This document shows positions 21,901 through 32,200 of a stretch of 64,000 nt of DNA, in pieces (position 1 is the stretch's first letter; every line of letters begins with the position of its first letter). The translations under genes and the position numbers were made by a program. The DNA is from a virus (lineage: Duplodnaviria > Caudoviricetes), in the IMG/VR virus record IMGVR_UViG_2871105481_000001, positions 8,249 to 72,248 of that record. One strand, written 5' to 3'. Under the pieces are notes generated by a model, which saw nothing but the letters and a program-made list of their open reading frames with translations, was not told the origin of the DNA and made no database searches.

Positions 21901-24900
21901 ATTTTTAAATTCTTAAATGTTTTTGAAAATGGTTTTTTAAGCTTTTCAATTAATGAATCAAATTCTTCTTGAGATATAGGAGTAAAGTTTTCTGATGATT
22001 TTTGTAATTGAATTGGATTACCTGATTCATCTTTTAAGTTCTGAACTAATGGAGATCCTGTGAAATATGTTTTACCATCATCACCTTTAATAGTTAATCT
22101 ACCTTTATTTTCTGATTCAACAACTCCACTTCTAGTATCACCAAATTGATTGAATGAAACTCTTTTGCCTATATAATTGGAGGATGATGTACTTTCTGTA
22201 ACCGGAACTTCAGTTTTAATTTTAGATTGTTTAGATAAACTAAACCCTCTTTGCTTCTGATTTATGAACTTGTCAACTTCAGTTTGATCAGAAAAATCAA
22301 ATTCACTGTCTCCATTTCTATCTTCTATTAAATTTCCATTATTATCAGTTACAGTTACTCTATAGCCATTATCTCCATCTGGCAATCTAATTTCTTTAGT
22401 TGTAGCTATTACATTTTCTGATAATCTAGTTTTATTTGGATTTAGCTCATTTGATACGGATGTTTCTTGTGAACGCAAATCATTCGGATTTACTTCAACT
22501 TGGTTAGTACTTCCTGGTAATTCATTGGCTTGTACTGTTTCACTATTTGAAGTTTGTTGTTCCTGATTGATATCAGGTGCATATTGAACTCTTTCATTAG
22601 AGTTAGTACTACTTCTCGTTTGGTCATCAGATATTTTATTTATTCTAGCTAATAAATCATCAAAATTTACTTCTTCGGAAATGTTGGAAGTTTGGGTATT
22701 TTCATTTTGCCTAATGGCTTCAGTGGGTGAATTTGTAGATTCGACAGATGCGTTTTCATTGATAGAAGACTGTTGTTCCGGTTGTTGTGTATTTTGTCGA
22801 ATATCGTTTTGTGGGTTACCTTGTTTTTCATTTTTATTTTTAGTTGTTTGAGCGTTTTTTTCATCTATTTCATTTGCAACTTTTAATCCTTCAGAAAATT
22901 TATTTATTGAAAGGTTTGGAAATCTATTTTGAAGATCATTTAATAATTCAGGATATTCTTCAACCAATCCATCATTAACTAAAATACCTTGTACTTGATT
23001 AATATCTTTTATTTCTGGATCTGTAGATATAAGCATAAAACTTCCATTTGAATATGCTGCCCCTGCACCAATTCCAGATGAAGCAGCACCAGACCCTTCT
23101 AGAGGAGCTGTATATAAAAATCCATTACCTCTATTCTTATCAATACCATTATCAAAAAGATTTAAAAGTTCCTTAAGGCTTCCTCCTAATCCTGATTTAC
23201 CCATTCCATGAGCAAAAAATCGGTTCTGAAGTCCTGCATTTAAAATATCTTTCATAGTCTTTGGAAACATTCCATATCCTAATGTTAGAATACTTCCATC
23301 TCTATTTTGAAAATATATTTTTCTCCAAAGAGCTTCTAATGCTGATTCACTTATTTTTGTTTTATTATTTTCATCGGGGTTAACTGTATTGTTTTCTGTT
23401 TCTTGTCCTTGTGTTCTTTCTGATGTTTGTTCTGTTGATGTGGTATTCTCATTAGTAGGTTTTTGATTTAATATTTGGTCAACTTGTGATTCTAGTGATG
23501 AAATTTCAGATTCTATTCTAGGTTTGAATGCAGCATCTGCTTGATTTAAATCATTACGTTTCGTCTCTAATTGTTGAAGTACTTTTATTGCACTATCTAA
23601 ATAATCAGTAGAATAATTCTGTGAATCTGGAATCTTATTGATATATTTTTGCCTTGTTAATACTTCATTTTTAACATCATCTAATGTATTTGAAAAACTA
23701 TCAAAACTAGAATCATTTGACATTACTTTTAACATATTATTAGCCCCATCAAATCGAGACAATTCTGTAAGTAATTGGCTTCTATTATAGTTAGATAAGT
23801 TTATTTCATTATTACCTAATTTAATATTTCTAGAACCTGAACCTCCCATTAAAGATGCTATTGCGGAAGGAACAATTGTTCCAACAACTACATCTTTATA
23901 TCCTTCACTATCTGTTAATTTAAAATCTGATCCATAAATAATATTAGTAACATAATTAGTCATGTCACCAACAACTTGCTGAATTAATTCTTCTTTAGTT
24001 TCTCCAACTACATTATCTCCTATTTTTGAAAACAATGATTTTGCATTAGCTAAAATTCGCTCTCCATTACTAGTGCTTAATGAAGAAAGTAGTTGTTTGT
24101 ATTCATTATTAAACCCGGAAAGAAATTTACTGTCTGGATTAATTCTTTGAATTAATGATTGAATAAATGAATTTACAGTAGCATATACTGTTTTGCCTGC
24201 TGTGGATGAAATTCCTGAGTCTTCAGCACTTTTATAACTATCATTATACATTTGAACAAACCAGCCTGATACTGATTTGTTTTCAATTGAATTAGCACCT
24301 TGAGCATATCTTGCAAAATTTCTAGCTTGTTTTGCAATTTCACTTTCTGCACCAAAAGCTTGAGTTGTTTTTGAAGCAAGGCTTATTGCGTTATTAGTTA
24401 TTGTATTATTTATTAATCCACCAACTTCATTTGTTATTAAGATATCTCCAGCCATCTTACCTGTTAAGAAAGCCATACCTGAAGGATTATATTCTGAATC
24501 TTTTCCAGTTTCTTTTAAACCGGATATATTACTAACAGGTTTATAAATTCCATTTTCAATCTGGAATAATTTACCATTTCTTTCTTCAAAAACTCTACCT
24601 GAATTATCACTATATTTTGTAACATTTGTTCTTAATGGTGATATCTCAATATTACCAAGCTTTAAAGGTTCACTTAATTGATCAGCTGAATCTTTTACAT
24701 CTTGACTAAAGGGTGTAGTAAGTATTCTTAAAATACCTGAACTAGCATCTATTGCTGATTGCCCTAATCCTAAAACTACTTGGCCTAAAATATTCTGTGT
24801 TCTTGCAATACCATCACCATTTAATACTCTTGCTTGGAAATCTTGTGCTTCGGAGTCTTCTTTATTTACTCTTGTAAATATTTTATTTACATCAGATGTA

Positions 24901-26483
24901 ATACTATCATTTTGTTGTACATTTTTTATATTATTCTGAATACTATTCTGAACAGTATTTATTTGATTTACATACTGATTTACTAAATTAAAATCACCAG
25001 TTTCTGCTGCTGACTGGACATTATATTTTAGATTATATATATTATTTTGTTTAGCTTCAATATCTAATAATTCTTTCTGATTAGTCCAGTTAGAAAATGC
25101 ATTCCAAATATTCTTTCTATTTCTCTGTCCATTTGTATTATTTCTAATACTCTGATCTGTTCTAGTGTACAACTGGCCTTCTTCACTATCTAAAAATTCC
25201 CCAAATAGTTTTTTAAGATCATAGTTCTTTTCAACTTCTAAATAGAATTTATTCTCCGCAACATCATCTGGCATGATTTCATTATCTGAACCCAATCTAT
25301 TACTAAAGTCATCAAAGGCGGTTTGTTTTTGATTATCCATCATCGAAGACAATACACTTTGAGCTTTATCTAAATAAAATTCATCTGGCTTATTATAACG
25401 TCTACTTACCATATCATATACTTGTTGGTAAGTTGCATTTGGATAAGATCCTAATTCTTGTTGTGTTTCAAGCGTAATTTGAAGTTCTTTTCTTCCTTCT
25501 GGTGTTTGAAGATAATTTGATCTATCTTCTTCTGTTACTAGATATCCGTATTTATCAAAAAGTGAATTTGTGTATTTTTCAAGATCAGTTAATTCCGGTT
25601 TATCAGGTGATAACTTTTGTTTAGCAGCTTCATAGTTATTTCCTTCAACATATTTTTCAGATTCTTTTGTGAAATATTCTGCACCATTCTTAGTTATTTC
25701 AAAAGCAGGCAAACCATTTTCTAAAGTAGCTCTTGTACCATCTTTGAGATATGAAGGCTTTATGTATCCTTTCGATTCTAGATCTTTTGCATATGATTCT
25801 GGATCATTAATATTAGCTCCTGTAAAATCCTGATAAGAATAATCTAATAGTTCTCCAGGTTTATATTGTCTTGGAGATAAATAATTTTTTGGTAATTGAG
25901 TAAAATCTACTTTAGATTCATATGGTAAATAAATATTAGGAACAGTTACACCACTATTAAAAGTAGTTGTATTATTATTTGGATTATCATTTGGAAAACT
26001 AATCGTACCTACTTTACTTTTAGCATTACCATTTTCATCCAAAACTAGATTATCCATATTACCTTTATAGGATAATGGATTCTGAGTATTTATAGGTAAA
26101 TTAGTTGTAAACGGAGTGCCATTATTTCCAGACGTTAAAGCTGATTCTGAATTTGAATTTACCAAGTTGGAAACTCCATTCTGTTGATCTAATTGATTCT
26201 GATTTAGGTCTAATTGTGAATCTATTGGAACACTTAATGTTTCTTGTTGTGTATTTTGCCCTATTGAAATAGGATTTATATTTTCTCTGTTGTTGGATGT
26301 TGACAAGCCTTGTGAGCTTAATAAGCCTGTATTTGTATCGTCTTTTTTTTTTAATGAAGTTGTATCTTGAATTAAAGCTGAGAAATCATTAGGCTCAAGA
26401 TAGGACTGCATGTTTAAAAAGTCTTCTAATGATAAGTTACCACCATTACTTTGGTATTGTAGATAAAGTTCTTCTGGATTCAT
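15939..26483 (-). CDS. Giant (3514 aa) polyvalent/DNA-ejection protein: two zincin-like HExxH modules, MuF-C-like segment, C-terminal LPD38-like region
   Basis: NTPIHEFSH (21684-21698), HELAH...EFIAE (20115-20129), QDPVAVF segment, DFNQGGTFTK..IPYLNAATQG near the C-terminus; last of three ejection-type genes. Confidence 0.65.
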   Translation of the reverse strand: MNPEELYLQYQSNGGNLSLEDFLNMQSYLEPNDFSALIQDTTSLKKKDDTNTGLLSSQGLSTSNNRENINPISIGQNTQQETLSVPIDSQLDLNQNQLDQQNGVSNLVNSNSESALTSGNNGTPFTTNLPINTQNPLSYKGNMDNLVLDENGNAKSKVGTISFPNDNPNNNTTTFNSGVTVPNIYLPYESKVDFTQLPKNYLSPRQYKPGELLDYSYQDFTGANINDPESYAKDLESKGYIKPSYLKDGTRATLENGLPAFEITKNGAEYFTKESEKYVEGNNYEAAKQKLSPDKPELTDLEKYTNSLFDKYGYLVTEEDRSNYLQTPEGRKELQITLETQQELGSYPNATYQQVYDMVSRRYNKPDEFYLDKAQSVLSSMMDNQKQTAFDDFSNRLGSDNEIMPDDVAENKFYLEVEKNYDLKKLFGEFLDSEEGQLYTRTDQSIRNNTNGQRNRKNIWNAFSNWTNQKELLDIEAKQNNIYNLKYNVQSAAETGDFNLVNQYVNQINTVQNSIQNNIKNVQQNDSITSDVNKIFTRVNKEDSEAQDFQARVLNGDGIARTQNILGQVVLGLGQSAIDASSGILRILTTPFSQDVKDSADQLSEPLKLGNIEISPLRTNVTKYSDNSGRVFEERNGKLFQIENGIYKPVSNISGLKETGKDSEYNPSGMAFLTGKMAGDILITNEVGGLINNTITNNAISLASKTTQAFGAESEIAKQARNFARYAQGANSIENKSVSGWFVQMYNDSYKSAEDSGISSTAGKTVYATVNSFIQSLIQRINPDSKFLSGFNNEYKQLLSSLSTSNGERILANAKSLFSKIGDNVVGETKEELIQQVVGDMTNYVTNIIYGSDFKLTDSEGYKDVVVGTIVPSAIASLMGGSGSRNIKLGNNEINLSNYNRSQLLTELSRFDGANNMLKVMSNDSSFDSFSNTLDDVKNEVLTRQKYINKIPDSQNYSTDYLDSAIKVLQQLETKRNDLNQADAAFKPRIESEISSLESQVDQILNQKPTNENTTSTEQTSERTQGQETENNTVNPDENNKTKISESALEALWRKIYFQNRDGSILTLGYGMFPKTMKDILNAGLQNRFFAHGMGKSGLGGSLKELLNLFDNGIDKNRGNGFLYTAPLEGSGAASSGIGAGAAYSNGSFMLISTDPEIKDINQVQGILVNDGLVEEYPELLNDLQNRFPNLSINKFSEGLKVANEIDEKNAQTTKNKNEKQGNPQNDIRQNTQQPEQQSSINENASVESTNSPTEAIRQNENTQTSNISEEVNFDDLLARINKISDDQTRSSTNSNERVQYAPDINQEQQTSNSETVQANELPGSTNQVEVNPNDLRSQETSVSNELNPNKTRLSENVIATTKEIRLPDGDNGYRVTVTDNNGNLIEDRNGDSEFDFSDQTEVDKFINQKQRGFSLSKQSKIKTEVPVTESTSSSNYIGKRVSFNQFGDTRSGVVESENKGRLTIKGDDGKTYFTGSPLVQNLKDESGNPIQLQKSSENFTPISQEEFDSLIEKLKKPFSKTFKNLKITTDWNEFIKNKNTLDGINNLDELSSNNVVVSDNDIKFMQNNGTIYGAKLPDGTIYINPEYLNANTPIHEFSHLWEQLMPSRFKNGVELLKQTKTGKEIFNRLKYEGNYNNLSDNELWNEALNTHIGNYGEWQFQERQARGKMAEFVQWFRAFFNKIGDVLGIGNLNPNISLNNFTNKVLGDLMNEKILSSENSKSSNINYSLGSNELNNIAESTKRHIKEYSTFLKNKEKLKNGELTNENTIRIVKESRFNDENYTIDLGRPSTLLKSIGVSDNEMNVNLSYLFNKIIKQSKHEISDIQNLRNIVDNIQDPVAVFDNYEDGKKTKDRLEFLTALKNSNNKNIALILSLNEENSSDKINTIKTGFALNNINRLRARLLNNYDGIKYINKQGIIEVLRDNINIGDSIVKIRYDKNTDSIKLLTEDINSNNVKFLKETIDLINGFKNPSINNVNFSIRTDNTNKLKIKDDVELSNFFGDNTTSIDELIAKGYNISDDIANLARKFDTKIYVINENLFNKSEKEINSYVDGLLKDYQVLIDNGTYQESYLRQELLDGIVTQVFNDAIGEAKGNSIYIKEGATDLNNFLKTKLVQHELAHVFTSYYLADNIDSSQLNEQELTFRNEARSAYEEALKNPNKTNAYGYSNNYEFIAEYIANDNFKSEVDNYLDYLNNPEPKPLLTRIVEYIKGLFGFKNNTELKQEFQLQKSIDEHINRLKEADGSINLQAYSGVRFMIKKLMPVSTIQEVLNETETNGIEAGLAKFKESAFYKSLSDKQKALIDSEGITKLMQEQVILHREDQINKKKTAVEKVKEQTSKKEKEIAFNKIEKIHENYKNKIEELRKSNKSYREKVAERKRQAKEAYDNTVIFLNQNMISGKITPTEVSRLLKAATGILSTRNSISNFNKFTELFNKINTKAEERNKTQIERTTDKYNEVSQTVEQQFNSGKSLQEIKDSFNSIDEQRMVESAYNRLVNKTISPEEARKKLDDSYKSSKEVLTKRFKDENGNVMSFNQKFRAWLKNKVERGIVSGVDRQFIPKRILENIGAKAVSNRMIAYAGSSTIAKEKFDKVQKSVYDGLNRSELELLDKIIAAKRFLAIDKNREEKGLPVIDHPGYQDASTAQKALDAYKSEIGEDAFTKLNKRADAYFDAFKTILSDMQESGLISNEVYKELKDVDYQPRKFLRYILDADGELMSSDRTMFRNENGNLSKEQIIGLSEGDASDMLMDSKWLIQSTLASRYKAIGMNEINRTFFTKYYPDAKAKYESINSDNIAESDKKFYKYFKQLQSNIKENRIIGFTESGKPKYESTTPEGYKIAYYYENGVRQQVFMKEEFHKMWHDTMDKLVNSDLAKTISTWSGSRLVKAFATGNNPGFVFTNTPRDFVHALLFSPEYNSFLLRAGAQLTKDSIKAIGEIYKHRNSNKTTLLTKYLEYGGGMEWLNQQGEIKDLTSLNKTIGNYFDSRIDPKSKKTLSTLFNFARLKSLSNYSETMFRVAVFDRSLQNQLKVYNKLNNTSYKSVEELSNEDKNNMYYEAVASSRGLLDFNQGGTFTKSAEAVIPYLNAATQGTRVMVEAIKRNPLDTSVRIIQAAGLPVLGMHLMINFIMGLIRPPEKEDEPVNKSYADFLDGISPSQKMNYWNIPVGWDKEEKQWKVLRIAKAQQLTPISILFEGAYEDHIRSSVGMTKRGSIKNTWKNFTKALGDNIDPTHLASALEDPSKSQSYFDAAFKLIGSNPASKGLTQYYTGYDTFREQPLSFDIGKVSRKYEGADKANVEEFYKELGKALDDSPVRLKALVESIITSPQTNPFVGIMYGGADAIVTDVDAKKRAGVIYDSFIKRILSETSDFNRQLNKKALVQEQLDKNTDEYGETRNKAKQILSKYGSVNELLKNEKSLIADIEGYSKDPVIQKDLVNRIKSLVKKDGISSMVFDVKYGTNNNVKNKALLIYTYSEGMSSTEKRRFFEQLQSQKILSKAVFSEYENVIKQNKK

Positions 26484-26545
26484 TTAACAGATGTTATGTA
26501 TATAAAAATAAGATCTGAGTATACTTTTAGTGGTATTGCTACAAT

Positions 26546-26573
26546 AATAAAGCTCCAATTAAGGAGCTTTATT
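26546..26573 (-). terminator. Intrinsic terminator/hairpin
   Basis: AATAAAGCTCC-aattaa-GGAGCTTTATT immediately after the stop at 26574. Confidence 0.7.
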
Positions 26574-28124
26574 TTATTTTTGTAATTCTTTTAATAAGCC
26601 TCCACTCAAATTATAATTATATGTATAATTACTTTTAGGTTTTATAGGTGAGAAGTCTACATTGAAGTTATCATTGAACTGTATAAACTTATTATTTTCA
26701 CTTTTCAAATTCGGATCATTTATAATAGCTGATGACATACTTGATAGTATTGATTGGGGATTTTTAACTTTATTAGATGAAAGTATTTGTATTACTCTTG
26801 ATAAGTCAGCTTTTTCCATTACTACCCTTTTCCCATCTTTTGTTGGTAAATTAACACCAAAATTTACAGCACCTGTACCTTGACTTCCTCCTACTGGATT
26901 CCAAAAAGCTGTAACACCAACCCTAGATTGTTTACCGGCATTTGAATTTCCATTTACGAAATAATTCACTGCTTGCATTTCATAACTTCGCTTTCCATCT
27001 TTTTGTTGTGTATTCCAAATTACTGGACTCACAGATAAAGTTCCATTACCTAATTGTTGTGATCCTCCACTTCCTCCACTTGGAGTATTTAAAGATTTTA
27101 TCTTTTGTTGAGTAGTTAATTTTGCGTTTACTAATCTCTGATTATCTAATGCTAATTGTGTATCTGTTTTACTACGTTTTACACTATCTACTTCTTTTGC
27201 TCCAGATTCCATAATATTAGCTGCTAAATTTATCGCAGTATCTAAATCTGAACTATTTTCAATATTACGTTTATTAGTTCTAAAAAATAATTGATTGAAA
27301 TTTTGTGGAACAGAGTTTATATTGAAATCTTCAGGTGAAGAATATCCAATAGATGATTTTAAATAGTTTATAGCTCTATCACGATCAAATTTAATTGTTT
27401 TATATGTTGTAACACCATTTGTATTTCGCTCTTGTTGTACAACCATATCTTTCCCTGACTTATTTAAACTTGTAATTAATCCCTTATCACCATCTAATAA
27501 ATTGTTTTCTAATCCAGATGTTAGTAAATTTTTTGCTTCACTAAGTTTCATTATTACAGCTTGATCTCCCATTTTTGAATCTGGTGATCCTGCAAACGCA
27601 ACTGCTATATCTCCATCCTTATCTCTAATTAATTGCGCATTTGATGTTGCTAATGATTGCATTAACCCAACTCGGTTATCTCCTTCAAAATAATCTCCAC
27701 TATTTAGCCTATCGATATTTTTTCTAAATGCTTCCTGGTCATCTTTAGAAGTCATAAATGTTCCTAACATCTTAACATCATTACTAAACTTCTGAGCCTT
27801 TTGTAATTCTGCTACTCTTTGTTCATATGGAATTGAATAATCTAAGGCTCTTGATTTAGCTGTAGAAACCATGTCTATACCTTGTCCAACAAAATCATTA
27901 TAAGCATTCTGAAATGGTGCAACTGTCTGTAAAGGATCTAACTTTATATCCTTATACATATCATATAGGTTCTTACCTTGCTCTTGTTGCATCTTTAATT
28001 TTGCAGCTTTCTGAGCTTCTCCTCTTTGAATCATATAATTAATAGATTGAGAAACTAAATCCCCAACTTTTAATTCTGTTGGCTTTAAAGGCTGATAAGC
28101 AATAAACGTCCCTTGTCCTGCCAT
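26574..28124 (-). CDS. Internal virion/ejection protein
   Basis: 516 aa, helical/Q-rich, between the Gly/Ala-rich ejection protein and the giant protein. Confidence 0.5.
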   Translation of the reverse strand: MAGQGTFIAYQPLKPTELKVGDLVSQSINYMIQRGEAQKAAKLKMQQEQGKNLYDMYKDIKLDPLQTVAPFQNAYNDFVGQGIDMVSTAKSRALDYSIPYEQRVAELQKAQKFSNDVKMLGTFMTSKDDQEAFRKNIDRLNSGDYFEGDNRVGLMQSLATSNAQLIRDKDGDIAVAFAGSPDSKMGDQAVIMKLSEAKNLLTSGLENNLLDGDKGLITSLNKSGKDMVVQQERNTNGVTTYKTIKFDRDRAINYLKSSIGYSSPEDFNINSVPQNFNQLFFRTNKRNIENSSDLDTAINLAANIMESGAKEVDSVKRSKTDTQLALDNQRLVNAKLTTQQKIKSLNTPSGGSGGSQQLGNGTLSVSPVIWNTQQKDGKRSYEMQAVNYFVNGNSNAGKQSRVGVTAFWNPVGGSQGTGAVNFGVNLPTKDGKRVVMEKADLSRVIQILSSNKVKNPQSILSSMSSAIINDPNLKSENNKFIQFNDNFNVDFSPIKPKSNYTYNYNLSGGLLKELQK

Positions 28125-28125
28125 T

Positions 28126-28866
28126 TTATCCTATTCTTCTTGGGTTAAATATAGATGCATTATCAATTATTCCAGGATTATAATAGAATAAAGGTGAGTT
28201 TGGAAATAATGTATTTTGATTCACATTATAATTGGGTAACATTGGATTTGGAATATTATTAATTCTCTGTACTTCTGCTCCTGGCAAAACTGTTGTTAAC
28301 CCCAGAGGATTATTTGAATTGATATTTGAATTATTTCCCGTAACACCACTAAATACACCACTTGCTGCTGCATTTGCAAGTCCTAACCCTGATTGAACCA
28401 TAGTATTAATACCATTTGTTCTTTCCTGTATTGCATTGTTTAGCTCATTTCCAAGGCCTAACAAATCAGATTGTTCACGTTGTTCTTGCATTTGTTGAAC
28501 CATAGCATTCCCTTGAGCTTTCATATTCTGGTTTTGAATATATTGCTGATCTAGATTAGCTGCTATTTGTTGTTCTGCTGCAACTTGTTGAGCCATTAAA
28601 TTTGGTAAACCTCCAACTAATCCTCTGCTACCACCCATTGAAAGTAAATTAGCATTTGTTGCCATTGACCTTGCTAAATCTTCACGCTGAAGATCAGACC
28701 CTAATGTTGAAACCTGTAATGTGTTATATGGATTTTGTAATGTTTGACGTTGGTAATTATCAATTTGCTCCTGGATTCTTTTTGCTCGTCTGCCTGCTCC
28801 AATACTTTGTGCTAATCCGGAACCTATTCCTACTACCCCTCCGACTACGGCTGCTGCTGCTGGCAT
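28126..28866 (-). CDS. Gly/Ala/Gln-rich ejection (pilot) protein
   Basis: MPAAAAVVGGVVGIGSGLAQ hydrophobic Gly/Ala N-terminus and Q-rich helices typical of P22-gp7-like pilot proteins. Confidence 0.65.
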   Translation of the reverse strand: MPAAAAVVGGVVGIGSGLAQSIGAGRRAKRIQEQIDNYQRQTLQNPYNTLQVSTLGSDLQREDLARSMATNANLLSMGGSRGLVGGLPNLMAQQVAAEQQIAANLDQQYIQNQNMKAQGNAMVQQMQEQREQSDLLGLGNELNNAIQERTNGINTMVQSGLGLANAAASGVFSGVTGNNSNINSNNPLGLTTVLPGAEVQRINNIPNPMLPNYNVNQNTLFPNSPLFYYNPGIIDNASIFNPRRIG

Positions 28867-28869
28867 ATG

Positions 28870-29274
28870 TTATATGAATTTGGTTATTAGTTCTGATACT
28901 TTGTTTGAGGTTTCGGAATATCCTAAATTTTTGAAATCATCTATCAAAAACTTATTATCTGTCCATGTAATAACATGTGTAAAACCTAATCCTCTACTAT
29001 ACGAAGATAAATCTGCAATGAATTTTTCTCTTGTTTGCTTAGGTAACTTATTTTTGTAATTTGGGTTCCTGGTAATAAAACCTATCATTGCCATTTTAGA
29101 ATTACTGCACCATACAAAACCCATGTATATACCTTCTTTTGTAAACGCATCTTGAAGTACTAAGCCAGTATCAGGATACATACCTTCATCTAACTTATTT
29201 AGTTTCCACTGTTCTAACCAATTATTTACAATTGGAATATCAACAGATTCAATTTCTCTTAGTTCTAATTCCAT
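28870..29274 (-). CDS. GNAT-fold protein preceding the ejection genes
   Basis: 134 aa, GFVW..SKMAMIGFITRNP and GLGF..LGY pattern; position where podoviruses often carry an acetyltransferase-like gene. Confidence 0.5.
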   Translation of the reverse strand: MELELREIESVDIPIVNNWLEQWKLNKLDEGMYPDTGLVLQDAFTKEGIYMGFVWCSNSKMAMIGFITRNPNYKNKLPKQTREKFIADLSSYSRGLGFTHVITWTDNKFLIDDFKNLGYSETSNKVSELITKFI

Positions 29275-32200
29275 TATAAATATGATTTTTTGACTTCGGT
29301 GGTTGTTGATGCTATATAAACATATTCATTAGAAGTTTTTGAAAGTTCCACTTCTAACCATTTACCTCTCATAGGACTTCCATTAGGATTATATTCCAAA
29401 GTTCTTTGTGGGGTTGTAAACGCAAATTGCCCAATAATAAATCCAGTATTATTTGATACTGTTATAGTATTGCCATTTATATTTGTTATTGCCGAACTTA
29501 TATTACCTTCAATATTTAAATCATCACCAACATTAATACCATCAGGCATATAATTAAAAGTAACTTCATTGCCATTTACATGTGATATTTCTCCAACGCC
29601 TTGTGCATTATTGATCCCTATTGTATCTCGATATATTTCAGTGTAATAAAAGCTTTCTTTGTATTTATAATTTGATTCGGGTATATTGGATTCTGTAAGA
29701 TTTGTTTTAAATGAAGTATTCCACGAAACATTAGATTGTAATGAATGAGCTTGATAAATAATATCAGTATTCATCTCAACATTCACATAGTATTTTAATT
29801 TACCAGTTTTAGTCCCCTGGTTTGCGAATAAACTATAATCATTTCCTTTTTCAGCTTCATATAAAACACCTTTGTAAGATTGGAATAACTTACCATTGGT
29901 TCCATGTAAATAATCGAAATTATAAGTCATAATGTGACTAAAGCCTTTATAATTCTGATTAAAACTATAAGTTAATTTGTTATTAAAACCTAAAACATAT
30001 TCATCATGAGCCTCATCATAAGTACCAATGAATGTTGAATTTGATTTTAATAGATCAATAGTTTCTTTAAATACTCCACAATTCTGTCCATTTACTTCTA
30101 CAATTTGATTCCCGGATAATGCTAAAATTCTGGTTTTATTTTTATCTGTAAAATATAATATATTACTATTAACAGCTATTGATTCAGGATTATATGAAAT
30201 TCCATAATCATAATCTAATTCAATTATATCTCCAAGTACATCATTTGTTGTAGCCAAACTTTCATTTCCACGTAAATCAAGTATAACTGACTTACCAAAT
30301 AATACTCTAAATATTTTATTCGGATTAAATACAACTAAATCTGAATCAGTAGAAATAATTCTCTGTCCTTCTCCATATTTTATGGGTAAAGTTTTCCAAT
30401 TGGCTAATGTTGAATTGAAAACTGGTAAATTATTTATTCCTAATTCATAATTGAAAATTCCTCCATATGAAATATCATTCTTCCGGTGGACTTCTTTGTA
30501 ACCTCTTAATAATACTGAATTTGGATGGAAACTATTTTCTAGTTTTTTCCCATTGAATTGATCTTTAATTTTATAAGATTCTATTCCATTACCCCAACAA
30601 TAACCATTATAAAATTCAATATCAAATGTTGGCATTCCTGCTTCTATTCTATCAGGAATAATATTACCATTTTCAACTTTATAAGTTTTATATGTTGGAT
30701 AATATATATTGTTTAATTCTTCTTTATTTTTAGTTCTAAAGCTAATTGGGATAATACCTCTTTGTAGTTTAACTTCTGATCTAACTTTAACTTCTGCATA
30801 TTCAGGTGGAACTGCTGTCGAATTTACAGCCCAATTGTACATTCTTGGGATCTGTTCTTTTACATAATCTGGAAAATTACTATTAGTAAATAATGATACT
30901 TCATTTAATGTATTATTACCAACAACATTTAAGAAAGGTGTTTTTAAGTTATCTTTTAATAATTCATAAATGCTTGGATATTCTTTCGTTGCAAATATTT
31001 GTTCTGAAATATTAATTGATCCATATTCATCACCAGTTCTACCATAGTGAAAGTCTACACTAAAACTAAATAAGTCGCCTTCTTTTATGACTCCATAATC
31101 ACTTTTTAAAAAGTCAGCTCTGTTATTTGTAGAATTATAAATTATACTTCCTATTTGTCCAGAATAAAAGCTAGTAGCATCATATCGTTTAGGATTTGTA
31201 CTTTGTTGCACTGCATCTATTGTCCTCCAACCACTTTCATTTACCTTAGAAGGTATATCAACTCCATTAGCTGTTAGAATAAAACTATCATCAACTTCAA
31301 TAACCGCATATACTCCATCTCTTACAACTCCATCTTTTATACCATATTGTTGAACTTCTGAAACCTTATATTCTTTGTAAACGGAACTGTCACTACGAAT
31401 AATAACATCATCTTTCCGGATTCTGTTAATATTATCACCAGTGATACTTAGGAAAATTTTATTCCCTACTTTCCGGGCATAAGTAATATAAATGTTTTCA
31501 TAGTTTAGCTTTTGTGATAAAACTGCGAACTTTGCTTTCGTTGCCCAACTTGGAGCATTAGAAACCATTTTAACAAATAAACTATTTATGGTATTCTTGT
31601 CTTCAAAACCTATTGTAGCTTCAGATACATTTTCATTTTGTGGAAGTAATATTGAGGTTCTTTCATTGTAATCATTATAGAAAATAACTCCAATTTTATA
31701 TTTGAATAATGATACAGCAGTATTGTTTTTAATGCTTGATGAATATGGAGTATTTTTAACTCCTACATAATAATAAACATCAATATCATCACCATTAATA
31801 TCTTTTAAATCCCTATCTTCTTTGTAATTGTAATACACTAATCTGTTTCCAACTAACTCCTGAGACTTAGGGAATCTTGGCATGTTTGAATAAATATATT
31901 TAGTTTCATCATCTGTTAAAACTTCATAGTTAGAAGAATAGCTATAATCAACTAATATTTCTGAATCATCATTAATACTAGCTTTTTTCTTATTAACATT
32001 ATAAATTCTATAAGCTGTATTACTTAATTGTTCCCTGGCATAAACTTCTACATCAGTAACATTATGACCTCCTGAATTAATAGATAACTGAAGCTTATTA
32101 AATTTGTTAACCATTGCTTTATTCAGCCTATCTTCATCAACTTCAAAAGTACCATCAGTCTCAAATGAGCAATCAGAATAAAAAGATAGTGGTGTATAAT

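Noticed and set aside
15939-26483. crAss-type virion RNA polymerase
   Set aside because: No DFDxD catalytic motif seen; motifs fit polyvalent proteins instead.
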